Shown: in pieces, positions 55,398 to 64,000 of the stretch | Layout: the number at the start of each line of letters is the position of its first letter | Numbering within the stretch: position 1 is the first letter of the stretch | Source of the DNA: Ignavibacteriales bacterium | GTDB lineage: Bacteria > Bacteroidota > Ignavibacteria > Ignavibacteriales > SURF-24 | Length of the DNA stretch: 64,000 nucleotides | Reading direction: 5' to 3' | Assembly: GCA_036261625.1 (NCBI GenBank) | Contig: DATAKL010000034.1 | Location: forward strand, 125,018 to 189,017 | Notes under the pieces: generated by a model | The model's input: only the letters and a program-made list of their open reading frames with translations | Databases searched by the model: none | What the model was told of the DNA's origin: nothing | Translations under genes and position numbers: made by a program

Positions 55398-56243
55398 ATG
55401 AAAAACATCGATTTAACCGAACTGATCGAGGCAGGTGCTCATTTCGGGCATTTGACCCGCCGCTGGAATCCCAAAATGAAGCCATATATCTTTATGGAGA
55501 AGAACGGGATTCACATCATAGACTTAAAGAAGACAAAAACCTTAATCGGCGACGCTGCTGAACAGATGACCCGCCTGGTATCCGAAGGAAAGAAGGTTAT
55601 GTTTGTCGGTACCAAGAAACAGGCAAAGCACATCATAGCCAATGAAGCCAGAAGAGCAGAACAGAACTGGGTCAGCGAAAGATGGCTCGGCGGAATGCTT
55701 ACAAACTTCTCAACTATTCGCAAAAGTATCAAACGTCTTACAAACATCGAAAAGATGGAAAACGACGGTACTTTTGACAAAATAACCAAAAAAGAAAGAC
55801 TTTTCCTCTCAAGGGAAAAAGATAAATTAAGAAAAGTCCTCGATGGCGTTGAAACAATGTCAAAACTGCCGGGCGCACTCTTTATTGTCGACATCAAGAA
55901 AGAGTCAATTGCCGTACAGGAAGCCATCAGGCTTAATATCCCGATCTTTGCTATCGTGGATACAAACTGCGATCCTGATGTTGTGGATTATGTAATTCCT
56001 GCCAATGATGATGCAGTAAAGACAATTGAGCTGATCACAAAGGTTATGGCTGATGCAGTAATTGAGGGTCTTGGCAAAGCCAAAGAACTCCGTGCTCAGG
56101 AAGCAGCCGAAAAGGAAAGACAGAGAAAGGAACGCGGCGAAGAGGAAGTAGAGGCCAAGGAAACAGTAAAAGAATCCAAACCGGCCAGAGATCAAAGGCG
56201 TGAAAGACGTCCTAAAAACGAAACAGAATTAAAGAAAAGGTAA
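55398..56243 (+). CDS. rpsB: 30S ribosomal protein S2 with a K/E-rich C-terminal extension
   Basis: [32 protein letters not shown] aligns with S2 N-termini. The ORF-track start at 55317 adds 27 residues not seen in S2. Confidence 0.92.
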   Translation: MKNIDLTELIEAGAHFGHLTRRWNPKMKPYIFMEKNGIHIIDLKKTKTLIGDAAEQMTRLVSEGKKVMFVGTKKQAKHIIANEARRAEQNWVSERWLGGMLTNFSTIRKSIKRLTNIEKMENDGTFDKITKKERLFLSREKDKLRKVLDGVETMSKLPGALFIVDIKKESIAVQEAIRLNIPIFAIVDTNCDPDVVDYVIPANDDAVKTIELITKVMADAVIEGLGKAKELRAQEAAEKERQRKERGEEEVEAKETVKESKPARDQRRERRPKNETELKKR

Positions 56244-56245
56244 TT

Positions 56246-57115
56246 ATGGAAATTAGTGCAGAACAAGTCAAATTATTAAGAGAAAAGACCGGTGCCGGTA
56301 TGATGGACTGCAAAAAAGCCCTTACCGAAGCCTCCGGCGATTTTGACAAGGCAATTGAAGTCCTTAGAAAAAAAGGAGCTTCCGTAGCAGCAAAAAGAGC
56401 TGAAAGATCAGCTAACGAAGGCCTTGTGCTCACACACGTTTCAGACGACAAGAAATCTGCTGTAATGGTTGAAGTTAACTGCGAAACTGACTTTGTGGCC
56501 AAGAGCGACGACTTCCAGAATTTTGCCAAACTGGTTCTTGATACAATTGTCAGGAACAAACCGGCTACAGTAGAAGAACTCCTCGCCATGAACGCTGAGG
56601 GCAAGGTAATTGCACAGGAACTTGAAAACCTGATCGGAAAGATCGGCGAGAAGATCACCGTAACACGCTTTACAATTGAAACTTCAACTGACGGCGCTGT
56701 TGTAGATTATGTGCATCATGGTTCAAAACTCGGCGTTGTAGTCCGCGTAGATAAGATAGGTCAGGGCGACCTGAATGAAATGGTTGGCATCATGAAGGAT
56801 GTAGCCATGCAGGTTGCAGCCATGAAGCCGGGCTATGTCTACAGGGAAGAAGTTCCAAAGGAAGTTGTAGACAAGGAAGTCGAAATCTACAAGGAGCTTT
56901 CAAGAAAAGAAGGCAAACCGGAACAGATACTCGATAAGATAGCTCAGGGAAGGCTGAACAAGTACTTCCAGGAAAACTGCCTCTTCGAACAGGCATTTAT
57001 CAAGGATAATACAAAGTCGGTCAGTGACCTCTTCAAGGAATACAACAAAAAGTACTCCACTGAAGCGCGGCTGGTCCTTTTCCACAGATATCACCTCAGC
57101 GACGAAAAGAAATAA
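56246..57115 (+). CDS. tsf: Translation elongation factor Ts
   Basis: The UBA-like N-terminus VKLLREKTGAGMMDCKKAL is present, the gene follows rpsB directly, and it is 289 aa. Confidence 0.95.
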   Translation: MEISAEQVKLLREKTGAGMMDCKKALTEASGDFDKAIEVLRKKGASVAAKRAERSANEGLVLTHVSDDKKSAVMVEVNCETDFVAKSDDFQNFAKLVLDTIVRNKPATVEELLAMNAEGKVIAQELENLIGKIGEKITVTRFTIETSTDGAVVDYVHHGSKLGVVVRVDKIGQGDLNEMVGIMKDVAMQVAAMKPGYVYREEVPKEVVDKEVEIYKELSRKEGKPEQILDKIAQGRLNKYFQENCLFEQAFIKDNTKSVSDLFKEYNKKYSTEARLVLFHRYHLSDEKK

Positions 57116-57124
57116 TTTCTTAAA

Positions 57125-57154
57125 AGGTCTTATTTAATAAGACCTTTTTTTTTA
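57125..57154 (+). terminator. Rho-independent terminator
   Basis: AGGTCTTAT / ATAAGACCT is a perfect stem followed by T9. Confidence 0.9.
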
Positions 57155-57172
57155 TTAAATTGACGGAGAAAT

Positions 57173-57889
57173 ATGACAAAGCTTAAATATAAAAGACTGC
57201 TGTTAAAACTTAGCGGTGAATCGCTCATGGGAAAGAAAGGACACGGAATTGATCCTGCGGTCCTGGATTTCTTTTCGACTGAAATCAAGAAGGTACACGA
57301 CATAGGTGTTCAGATAGGCATTGTTATAGGCGGCGGAAACATCTACCGCGGCCTGAGCGCCAGCGAGCAGGGAATTGACCGCGTGACCGGCGATCAGATG
57401 GGTATGCTTGCCACTGTAATCAACTCTCTGGCGCTTCAGAATGCAATGGAACATAAAGGAATTTATACAAGGCTTATGACGGCAATTCACATGGAAGAGA
57501 TAGCAGAGCCTTACATAAGACGCCGTGCCATAAGGCATCTAGAAAAGGGCAGAGTAGTTATCTTTGGTGCCGGAACCGGCCATCCTTACTTCTCTACAGA
57601 TACGGCTGCAACCCTGAGGGCCGTTGAAATTGAGGCTGATGCAATCTTAAAGGGAACCAGGGTGGACGGAATCTTTGACTCCGACCCGGAGAAAAACCCT
57701 CAGGCATCCAGGTTTGAAACAATTTCTTACCTCGATATATTAAAAGACAGGCTGAAGGTAATGGACCTTACTGCAATCAGCCTCTGTCAGGAAAACGATC
57801 TGCCTTTGATTGTGTTCAACATGGATAAGCCGGATAATCTTCTTAAAATAGTAATGGGCGAACCGGTCGGCACAACTGTCGGCAACTAG
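57173..57889 (+). CDS. pyrH: UMP kinase
   Basis: [24 protein letters not shown] and [13 protein letters not shown] are present. Confidence 0.95.
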   Translation: MTKLKYKRLLLKLSGESLMGKKGHGIDPAVLDFFSTEIKKVHDIGVQIGIVIGGGNIYRGLSASEQGIDRVTGDQMGMLATVINSLALQNAMEHKGIYTRLMTAIHMEEIAEPYIRRRAIRHLEKGRVVIFGAGTGHPYFSTDTAATLRAVEIEADAILKGTRVDGIFDSDPEKNPQASRFETISYLDILKDRLKVMDLTAISLCQENDLPLIVFNMDKPDNLLKIVMGEPVGTTVGN

Positions 57890-57933
57890 TTTGACAAACA
57901 GTAAATCAATTAATAACACAAACAGAGGAAACC

Positions 57934-58488
57934 ATGAACCCAACTATTAATGACGCCAGGCAGAGAATGGATAAATCGATTGAAGCCTTCAGGGCGGAGA
58001 TTGCAAAGATCCGTTCCGGAAAGGCCACAACGGCACTTCTTGACGGAGTAAAGGTTGACTACTACGGTACCTTAACTCCCTTGAAGCAGATGGCAAACGT
58101 CTCGGTGCTGGATGCCCATACTCTGTCTATTACACCGTGGGACCGTTCGGCAGTTCAGGTAATTGAAAAGGCAATTATGACTGCTGATCTGGGGCTTAAT
58201 CCTGCAAGTGACGGCACAAACATCCGCGTACCGATCCCGATGCTGACAGAGGAAAGAAGAAAAGATCTGATGAAAATTATAAAGAAGATGGGTGAGGATG
58301 CAAAGGTTGCTATAAGAAACGTGCGCCGCGATGCAAACGAACACCTCAAGAAAGAGCAGAAGGATAAGAAGATTTCAGAAGATGATCTGAAGAATTTTGA
58401 AAATGAAATCCAGAAGTTCACCAACGATCATACAAATCTGATAGACGAAATCATTAAGCATAAAGAAAAAGAGATAATGGAAGTTTAG
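57934..58488 (+). CDS. frr: Ribosome recycling factor
   Basis: 184 aa with [20 protein letters not shown] and [25 protein letters not shown]. Confidence 0.95.
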   Translation: MNPTINDARQRMDKSIEAFRAEIAKIRSGKATTALLDGVKVDYYGTLTPLKQMANVSVLDAHTLSITPWDRSAVQVIEKAIMTADLGLNPASDGTNIRVPIPMLTEERRKDLMKIIKKMGEDAKVAIRNVRRDANEHLKKEQKDKKISEDDLKNFENEIQKFTNDHTNLIDEIIKHKEKEIMEV

Positions 58489-58508
58489 GAATAGTTGTAA
58501 TTTAAGAC

Positions 58509-58538
58509 AAGCCGCCTTATTTTAGGCGGCTTTTTTTA
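58509..58538 (+). terminator. Rho-independent terminator
   Basis: AAGCCGCCT / AGGCGGCTT stem followed by a T run. Confidence 0.9.
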
Positions 58539-58621
58539 TTTGGTAAACTATTTATCTTTTCATAAAACTGTTGTAATTTCATATCAAAGAAATATTTATT
58601 CAATTTTCAGAGGAATGTATT

Positions 58622-60877
58622 ATGAAGATTAGAAAGGAGGAGGCCCTGGAGTACCACTCGCAGGGAAGGCATGGAAAAATTGAGGTTGTACCTACTAAAC
58701 CTTGCGTAACTGCAAGGGATCTTTCCCTGGCTTATACTCCGGGCGTGGCAGTCCCTTGTCTGGATATTGAGCAGAATCCTGAAGATGTCTACAAATATAC
58801 TGCAAAGGGAAACCTGGTTGCAGTTGTTTCAAACGGAACCGCGGTCCTGGGTCTCGGCGACATAGGACCGATGGCCGGAAAGCCTGTAATGGAAGGAAAA
58901 GGGGTACTCTTTAAGAGATTTGCAGATATCGATGTCTTTGACATTGAACTGAAGACAAAGGACCCGAAGGAAGTAATTAAAGCCGTGCAGCTCTTAGAGC
59001 CCACTTTCGGCGGCATTAACCTTGAAGATATCAAAGCCCCCGAGTGCTTTGAAATCGAAGAAGAATTAAAAAAGACCATGAATATCCCTGTCTTCCATGA
59101 TGACCAGCATGGAACAGCCATCATATCATGCGCGGCGCTCATAAATGCTGCTGAACTGGCAGGAAAGAAACTTGAAGACCTGAAACTCGTTATCAACGGT
59201 GCCGGCGCTGCAGCCATTGCATGCGCTAACCTTTACGTCAGAGCAGGCGTAAAGAAAGAAAATATCACAATGTGCGACTCCAAGGGAGTCATCGCCAAAA
59301 GCAGAAAAGATCTGAACAAGTATAAAGAGCTCTATGCAGTTGAAACCGAAAAGAAGTCTCTTTCGGATGCCATGGAAGGATCTGATGTTTTTGTGGGGCT
59401 TTCTGTTGCAGGCGTTGTTACCAAAGATATGATTAAGAGTATGGCTAGTGATCCCATTGTTTTTGCTATGGCAAACCCTGATCCTGAGATTACATACGAA
59501 GATGCCGTCGATGCCAGAAAGGATATCATCATGGCAACCGGCAGAAGCGACTACCCGAACCAGGTGAACAATGTGCTCGGTTTCCCGTTCATCTTCCGTG
59601 GCGCTCTGGACGTAAAGGCTACTGCAATAACTGAAGAGATGAAAATGGCAGCCGTTGAGGCCCTGGCATGTCTGGCCAAGGAAAAGGTGCCTGACGTGGT
59701 AATTAAGGCTTATGGCGGCCTGGATTTCTCATTCGGCAGGGAGTACATAATTCCGAAGCCGTTCGATCCGCGTGTGCTCTGGAAAGTAGCTCCTGCGGTT
59801 GCAAAGGCTGCAATTGAAAACGGAGTGGCCAGAGTAAAGATTGAAAACTGGCAGGAATATGAAGATGAGCTCAAAGAACGCCTCGGAATGTCGAGGGAAG
59901 TTATCCGTACCATGATACAGAAGGCCCAGAAGAGCCCGAAGCGTGTTGTCTATCCTGAAGGCGAGGAAGACAAGATAATAAGAGCCGCCGTTGAATCAAT
60001 GGAGGAAGGTATTGCACAGCCCGTCCTCTTAGGTGATGAAGAAGTAATAAAAGGAAAGCTTGAAAAACTGGGCGTCGGTCTTGAAGGCATTACAGTCATC
60101 GATCCTGTTAAGGCAAAAACTGCAGAGACCTATGTCAATGAATTCTACAAGGCACGCGAACGCAAGGGCGTTACGCTCAGGCTTGCAAAGAATCTTCTGA
60201 AGGATCCCAACTATTTCGGTTCAATGATGGTTAAGGAAGGACATGCAGATGCCCTCATAAGCGGGCTTACCACATCCTATCCCGAGACAATCAGGCCTGC
60301 TCTTCAGTGCCTGGGTGTAAAGGAAGGCTTTAATGTCGCCTCAGGTCTCTATATAGTTATTACTAAGAAGGATGTGTACTTCTTTGCCGATACAACCGTA
60401 AACGTCAATCCGACGGCCGAAGAACTGGCGGAAATTGCAATTTCAACTGCAGATACGGTTAAGCGGTTTGACATAGAACCCAGAGTTGCAATGCTTTCAT
60501 TCAGCAATTTCGGCAGCGCAGTAATGCCTGAAACAGTTAAGGTTAGGCATGCCGTAGAGATTGTCAGGAAGATGAGGCCCGATATAATGATTGACGGCGA
60601 GATGCAGGCTGATGCTGCGGTTGTTCCGCAGATACGTGAAATGGATTACCCGTTCTCGACGCTTAAAGGCAAGCCGAACGTGCTCGTGTTCCCTGACCTC
60701 AATTCCGGAAATATTGCCTATAAACTGATGGCAAGGATCGGCAATGCCGAAGTGATAGGACCTGTTCTTATGGGAATCAGCAAGCCTGTCCACGTACTCC
60801 AAAGAGGCGCTTCAGTTGAGGATATAATCAACATGACGGCAATTGCAGTAGTTGAAGCCGCACAGACGGGCAAATAA
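58622..60877 (+). CDS. maeB: NADP-dependent malic enzyme with a C-terminal phosphotransacetylase-like domain
   Basis: 751 aa. The malic enzyme N-terminus ([10 protein letters not shown]..., [33 protein letters not shown]) is followed by a PTA-like C-terminal half. Confidence 0.92.
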   Translation: MKIRKEEALEYHSQGRHGKIEVVPTKPCVTARDLSLAYTPGVAVPCLDIEQNPEDVYKYTAKGNLVAVVSNGTAVLGLGDIGPMAGKPVMEGKGVLFKRFADIDVFDIELKTKDPKEVIKAVQLLEPTFGGINLEDIKAPECFEIEEELKKTMNIPVFHDDQHGTAIISCAALINAAELAGKKLEDLKLVINGAGAAAIACANLYVRAGVKKENITMCDSKGVIAKSRKDLNKYKELYAVETEKKSLSDAMEGSDVFVGLSVAGVVTKDMIKSMASDPIVFAMANPDPEITYEDAVDARKDIIMATGRSDYPNQVNNVLGFPFIFRGALDVKATAITEEMKMAAVEALACLAKEKVPDVVIKAYGGLDFSFGREYIIPKPFDPRVLWKVAPAVAKAAIENGVARVKIENWQEYEDELKERLGMSREVIRTMIQKAQKSPKRVVYPEGEEDKIIRAAVESMEEGIAQPVLLGDEEVIKGKLEKLGVGLEGITVIDPVKAKTAETYVNEFYKARERKGVTLRLAKNLLKDPNYFGSMMVKEGHADALISGLTTSYPETIRPALQCLGVKEGFNVASGLYIVITKKDVYFFADTTVNVNPTAEELAEIAISTADTVKRFDIEPRVAMLSFSNFGSAVMPETVKVRHAVEIVRKMRPDIMIDGEMQADAAVVPQIREMDYPFSTLKGKPNVLVFPDLNSGNIAYKLMARIGNAEVIGPVLMGISKPVHVLQRGASVEDIINMTAIAVVEAAQTGK

Positions 60878-60891
60878 GAAGGCTTTATAAA

Positions 60892-60943
60892 GGGAAAAAG
60901 GCGGCTCTTAAGTAAGGCCGCACTTTTTCCCATGTTTTTTTTG
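60892..60943 (+). terminator. Rho-independent terminator
   Basis: GGGAAAAAGGCGGC / GCCGCACTTTTTCCC stem with one bulge, followed by a T run. Confidence 0.8.
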
Positions 60944-61099
60944 TGTGATAACCTAAGAAAACAGTTATCTCACTTTTGTTAATTATCCGAATACTTAATG
61001 TTTATAAGCTTGGGCCTGAAAAACAGGCCCTTTACCCGCATAAAAATAGTACATGCACTAATTTTTAAATTTTATTTAGTACATTATATTTGATAATTT

Positions 61100-61729
61100 G
61101 TGTTAAAGAGCATTTTATTTTTTATAGCCAGCCTTGTCATCTTTTTTGCAGGAATCATTTTATATGGCATGGTTCTGAATCTCAGGGATGTACCTCTTTC
61201 GGAAGCCCTTGCAGAAAAGCACATGAGGTATATGACAAATGTTCATCTGCTCGTCGACAGGCGCAACTACAGGCTGGAGCTCTATTCGGATACTGTGCTG
61301 GTAAAGTCCTACAGGGCCGTATTCGGACGTAACAATGGCAGCCACGGCAGGTCTGCAGCGGAAAATCAGATTGCTCCGGCCGGCAATTATCAGATATGCG
61401 AAATTGATACTTCATCGGAGTACCACAAGTTCTTAAGGCTGAATTTCCCTAACTACAAAGATATTACCGAAGCCTTTAAGTCGGGTATAATTTCAGAAGG
61501 GGAATACGAAACCTTATACGGGGAGCTTGAAGCAGGCGGGTGCCCAAAGTCTGACAAAAAAAAGTTTCCTGCAATAGGAATTCATGGTACCGGAAGGCTG
61601 AATTTTATTTTTAAGAATCTGCCTTTTACCTTTAACTGGACAAACGGTTCTGTTGCTGTAAGTAATGAGAACATTGATGAGATATATTCTGTAATAAAAC
61701 CGGGGACTGAAGTTGACATCAAAAATTAA
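61100..61729 (+). CDS. YkuD/YafK-like L,D-transpeptidase-fold protein lacking the catalytic cysteine
   Basis: It has an N-terminal TM anchor. The block IGIHGTG...TNGSVAVSNENIDEIYSVIKPGTEVDI aligns to the H-x(14-17)-[ST]-H-G-C-h-N motif, but reads T-N-G-S-V-A. The start is GTG. Confidence 0.65.
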   Translation: MLKSILFFIASLVIFFAGIILYGMVLNLRDVPLSEALAEKHMRYMTNVHLLVDRRNYRLELYSDTVLVKSYRAVFGRNNGSHGRSAAENQIAPAGNYQICEIDTSSEYHKFLRLNFPNYKDITEAFKSGIISEGEYETLYGELEAGGCPKSDKKKFPAIGIHGTGRLNFIFKNLPFTFNWTNGSVAVSNENIDEIYSVIKPGTEVDIKN

Positions 61730-62366
61730 AATATACTTAAAAATATCTGCTTTTTCTTTTCTTTCAGTCATTCTGGCATCATGCGAGAAGAAGGAAGCGC
61801 CAAGGCCGCAGGTGCCGGTTGTTTCTGCCGATTCGGCAAAGAAACTCGATAAAAAATTTGCCGAGGAAAGGGTCAGCCAGATACTCGGAACAAAGGTCAG
61901 CTTCTTCGAGGAGGGAAGATTCCAGGAGGATTCCACACTTGGAATAGCAGCAGGAACTGAAAAAAACGATAAGAAAGAGTGGGGTATTAAGTTCTACTAC
62001 TTTAAGAGGGCAAACAACGATCTAGTTAAAGCCTTTGAGACTCCGCTTCTGAAAGGATCGTTTACTGAAAGCCTGACCAAAAAGATAAAACTCTCTGCTG
62101 CCAACTATGAAATGCTTTACTACGATTCGCAGGCATACTTTATGGGAAGCGGCGGCGGCGAGATATTCTCCTACATTGTGGATTTTAACAAGCAGCAGGT
62201 ATACTACGCTCACTTCTTCAGCGTCGAGAAAAAGCCTACTTCTCTTTATCTGTCGCCTAATACTAACGACAAGGAAATAAGAGACTTTTTTATCAGGCAT
62301 TTCAGGAGGGATTATCCCGACTTAAAATTAGTGGAAAAGGACTATAACCTTGAAGATATTTTTTAG
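61713..62366 (+). CDS. Hypothetical lipoprotein
   Basis: It has a TTG start, the lipobox VILASC, and a 17-nt overlap with the preceding gene. Confidence 0.55.
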   Translation: MTSKIKIYLKISAFSFLSVILASCEKKEAPRPQVPVVSADSAKKLDKKFAEERVSQILGTKVSFFEEGRFQEDSTLGIAAGTEKNDKKEWGIKFYYFKRANNDLVKAFETPLLKGSFTESLTKKIKLSAANYEMLYYDSQAYFMGSGGGEIFSYIVDFNKQQVYYAHFFSVEKKPTSLYLSPNTNDKEIRDFFIRHFRRDYPDLKLVEKDYNLEDIF

Positions 62367-62400
62367 TAAAAAAACAGGAAATATCAGAAACTGACCTAAT

Positions 62401-64000
62401 ATGGCTAAATACAAGATATTGCTCCTGACAGTCATTATTGTCATTTCAGGCAACAACTTCCTTTTTGCGCAGCAGGGCGGCGGCGGCGGGGGTGAAGAAA
62501 ATGCTGAACAGTTTGAACTTGAAAAAGTAGAGTTTCAGGGGAATAATTCCATCCCGGGTTCCACGCTTGAGACTGTCATTGCCTCAAAGGCCACGCCAAA
62601 CTGGTTCTTTAAGTTCCTGCACAAGATCTCCAGCAGCATAGGCCTGCCTCCGGAGTATTTCGATTCGCTGAAGATACCCGAGGATATGAAAGCCCTTGAG
62701 AGGTTCTATAGGGATAATGGATATTTTAAGGCCAAATTTTCCGATGAGTACCACATAGACAGAAAAAAGAAAGAAGCCGTACTGATCTATCACATAAACG
62801 AAGGACCCGATTTTAAGGTCAGAAACTACAGCTACCAGGGGCTCGATTCAATTCCTTATGAATACAAGCAGAAGATTTCTGCCGATTACACAGTGGATTC
62901 AGCAAAGACGTTTTCAAAGTCGCTGGTAGACCAGGAAACAAAGCCTTTGATTACTTTCCTCAGGGATAACGGCTACATGATGGCAGATATATCCAGGCCT
63001 AATGTATATGTATATCCCGACTCCGATTATGTGGACGTTAAGATCGGGGTCAATACAGGCAGGCGCTATAGGATTGACAGTCTTGAGGTGGAGAAAAAGG
63101 GCCCGGGCAAGGGTTACGTTGAGGATGGCCTTATAGCAAAAATAGTCAGCATTACTCCGGGCGACTACTACAGCAATGACGAAAAGCAGAGGGCTCAGGT
63201 CAGACTTTACCGTACAAATCTTTTCTCTTCAGTACTCATAAGCGGCGTTGTACCAGATACAAACAAAAGCCTTGTGAACCTGCACATTACAGGCGACATT
63301 ACACAGATGAACGATCTTTCGCCTGAGATAATAATAAACAACCAGGAAAGTGCTTTTAACGTGGGTCTTGGAGCTACATACACCAGGAAGAATTTCCTGG
63401 GAAATGCCAGGACCTTTACTCTCGGAGGCAGTTTTGCCGTACAGGATATTTTCAATATCGATTACAGCAAGATCTTCGGTTTTGTAACCTCAATCAGGGA
63501 TACATCCATCTTAGGCTATGTCGACCTAAGAGCAACAGTCGAGCAGCCGTTTCTTTTTAACAGGAGGATCTCAAGCAAAATTGAGGGATATTTTACCATA
63601 AACAAGCAGAAGCAGTACCGCTCGCTTATTTACGGAACGAAATTAAGTCTGGACTTTGAACTTCCGAAGTTTGTATACTTCAACTCCCTTGTTACATACT
63701 ACACTGCCGAAAGAACAGTTGACAACCTTCTGGAGGATTATGTAAGAAAGGTAATACAGGACAATGCCAAATCGACCGACGTTCCTCTTACCCCGGCAAG
63801 GGAAGATTCCATTGTTGCCAACCTGCGCAGTTCGAGAAACATTACATCCATTATCGGAGCTGATTTAGGGGCAAACAAGACCAATGATTTGATGTTTCCG
63901 ACAAAGGGCTACAATTTATCTTTAACTGTTGAAGAGGGAAATCTTCTGCCGTCAATTTTCAAAAGACTTGGAGCAAGTTACATAAACGTAAGAAGCCAGT
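62401..64000 (+). CDS. bamA: Omp85/BamA-family outer membrane protein assembly factor; the 3' end runs off the window
   Basis: The ORF is not in the supplied track because it has no stop. Frame 1 is open from ATG 62401 to the window end. It has a signal peptide, POTRA-like repeats (VEFQGNNSIPGSTLE..., ERFYRDNGYFKAKF, IYHINEGPDFKV) and the start of the barrel (FNVGLGATYTRKNFLGNARTF). Confidence 0.8.
   Translation, partial: MAKYKILLLTVIIVISGNNFLFAQQGGGGGGEENAEQFELEKVEFQGNNSIPGSTLETVIASKATPNWFFKFLHKISSSIGLPPEYFDSLKIPEDMKALERFYRDNGYFKAKFSDEYHIDRKKKEAVLIYHINEGPDFKVRNYSYQGLDSIPYEYKQKISADYTVDSAKTFSKSLVDQETKPLITFLRDNGYMMADISRPNVYVYPDSDYVDVKIGVNTGRRYRIDSLEVEKKGPGKGYVEDGLIAKIVSITPGDYYSNDEKQRAQVRLYRTNLFSSVLISGVVPDTNKSLVNLHITGDITQMNDLSPEIIINNQESAFNVGLGATYTRKNFLGNARTFTLGGSFAVQDIFNIDYSKIFGFVTSIRDTSILGYVDLRATVEQPFLFNRRISSKIEGYFTINKQKQYRSLIYGTKLSLDFELPKFVYFNSLVTYYTAERTVDNLLEDYVRKVIQDNAKSTDVPLTPAREDSIVANLRSSRNITSIIGADLGANKTNDLMFPTKGYNLSLTVEEGNLLPSIFKRLGASYINVRSQ

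Noticed and set aside
1-64000. I looked for prophage, integrative element, transposon, toxin-antitoxin, restriction-modification or other defence-island signatures.
   Set aside because: No integrase, transposase, phage structural, nuclease/methylase or TA-like gene pair was recognisable. Gene content is housekeeping, envelope or stress related, and I saw no abrupt compositional break. This cannot be fully excluded without database searches of the hypothetical proteins.

Overview
This is a densely coding chromosomal window with no rRNA, tRNA, CRISPR array, transposase, integrase or recognisable defence gene. I infer, without a search, that it comes from an FCB-group bacterium, most like Ignavibacteria or Melioribacter. 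The grounds are three large secreted proteins with type-A T9SS C-terminal sorting domains (NYPNPFNP...KMLLLK), a PorV/PorQ-like barrel, a fused CcoN-CcoO, and a Bacteroidota-style cco cluster. Left to right the window holds: (1) a 5'-truncated T9SS cargo gene. (2) A suf Fe-S operon, sufBCDSU-sufT, extended by a bacilliredoxin-like CGC protein and an Rrf2 regulator. (3) A cbb3 oxidase cluster, ccoI-ccoS-ccoNO-ccoQ-ccoP-[ccoG stub]-ccoH-tauE-like. (4) A stress module of two DUF892 (YciE/YciF-type) paralogs flanking a hyperacidic protein. (5) Trehalose/alpha-glucan genes: the treS-maltokinase fusion, treZ, a GH57 protein and treY. (6) An ExeA/MshM-type AAA ATPase paired with a CheW-domain protein that has a long repeat-rich N-terminus. 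(7) A minus-strand operon of a SusC-like TonB-dependent transporter, a 1067-aa T9SS-CTD protein and a PorV/PorQ-like barrel. (8) Housekeeping genes: ppa, a B12-binding protein, a YdiJ-like FAD/Fe-S oxidoreductase, an M24 peptidase, a BNR/sortilin-repeat T9SS protein, a deoxyhypusine-synthase-like gene and an SDR epimerase. (9) rplM-rpsI, rpsB-tsf, pyrH-frr, maeB, a divergent L,D-transpeptidase-like gene, and a 3'-truncated bamA. The best candidates for undescribed biology are the transporter/T9SS-cargo/PorV-like operon, the ExeA-like plus ParP-like CheW pair, and the DUF892/hyperacidic-protein module beside the trehalose genes. Smaller oddities are a ccoG gene reduced to 35 codons, TTCRACG heptamer arrays at two loci, a hairpin with a triplicated 3' arm, and an L,D-transpeptidase fold lacking its catalytic Cys. 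All family calls come from motif recognition by eye; no database search was run.
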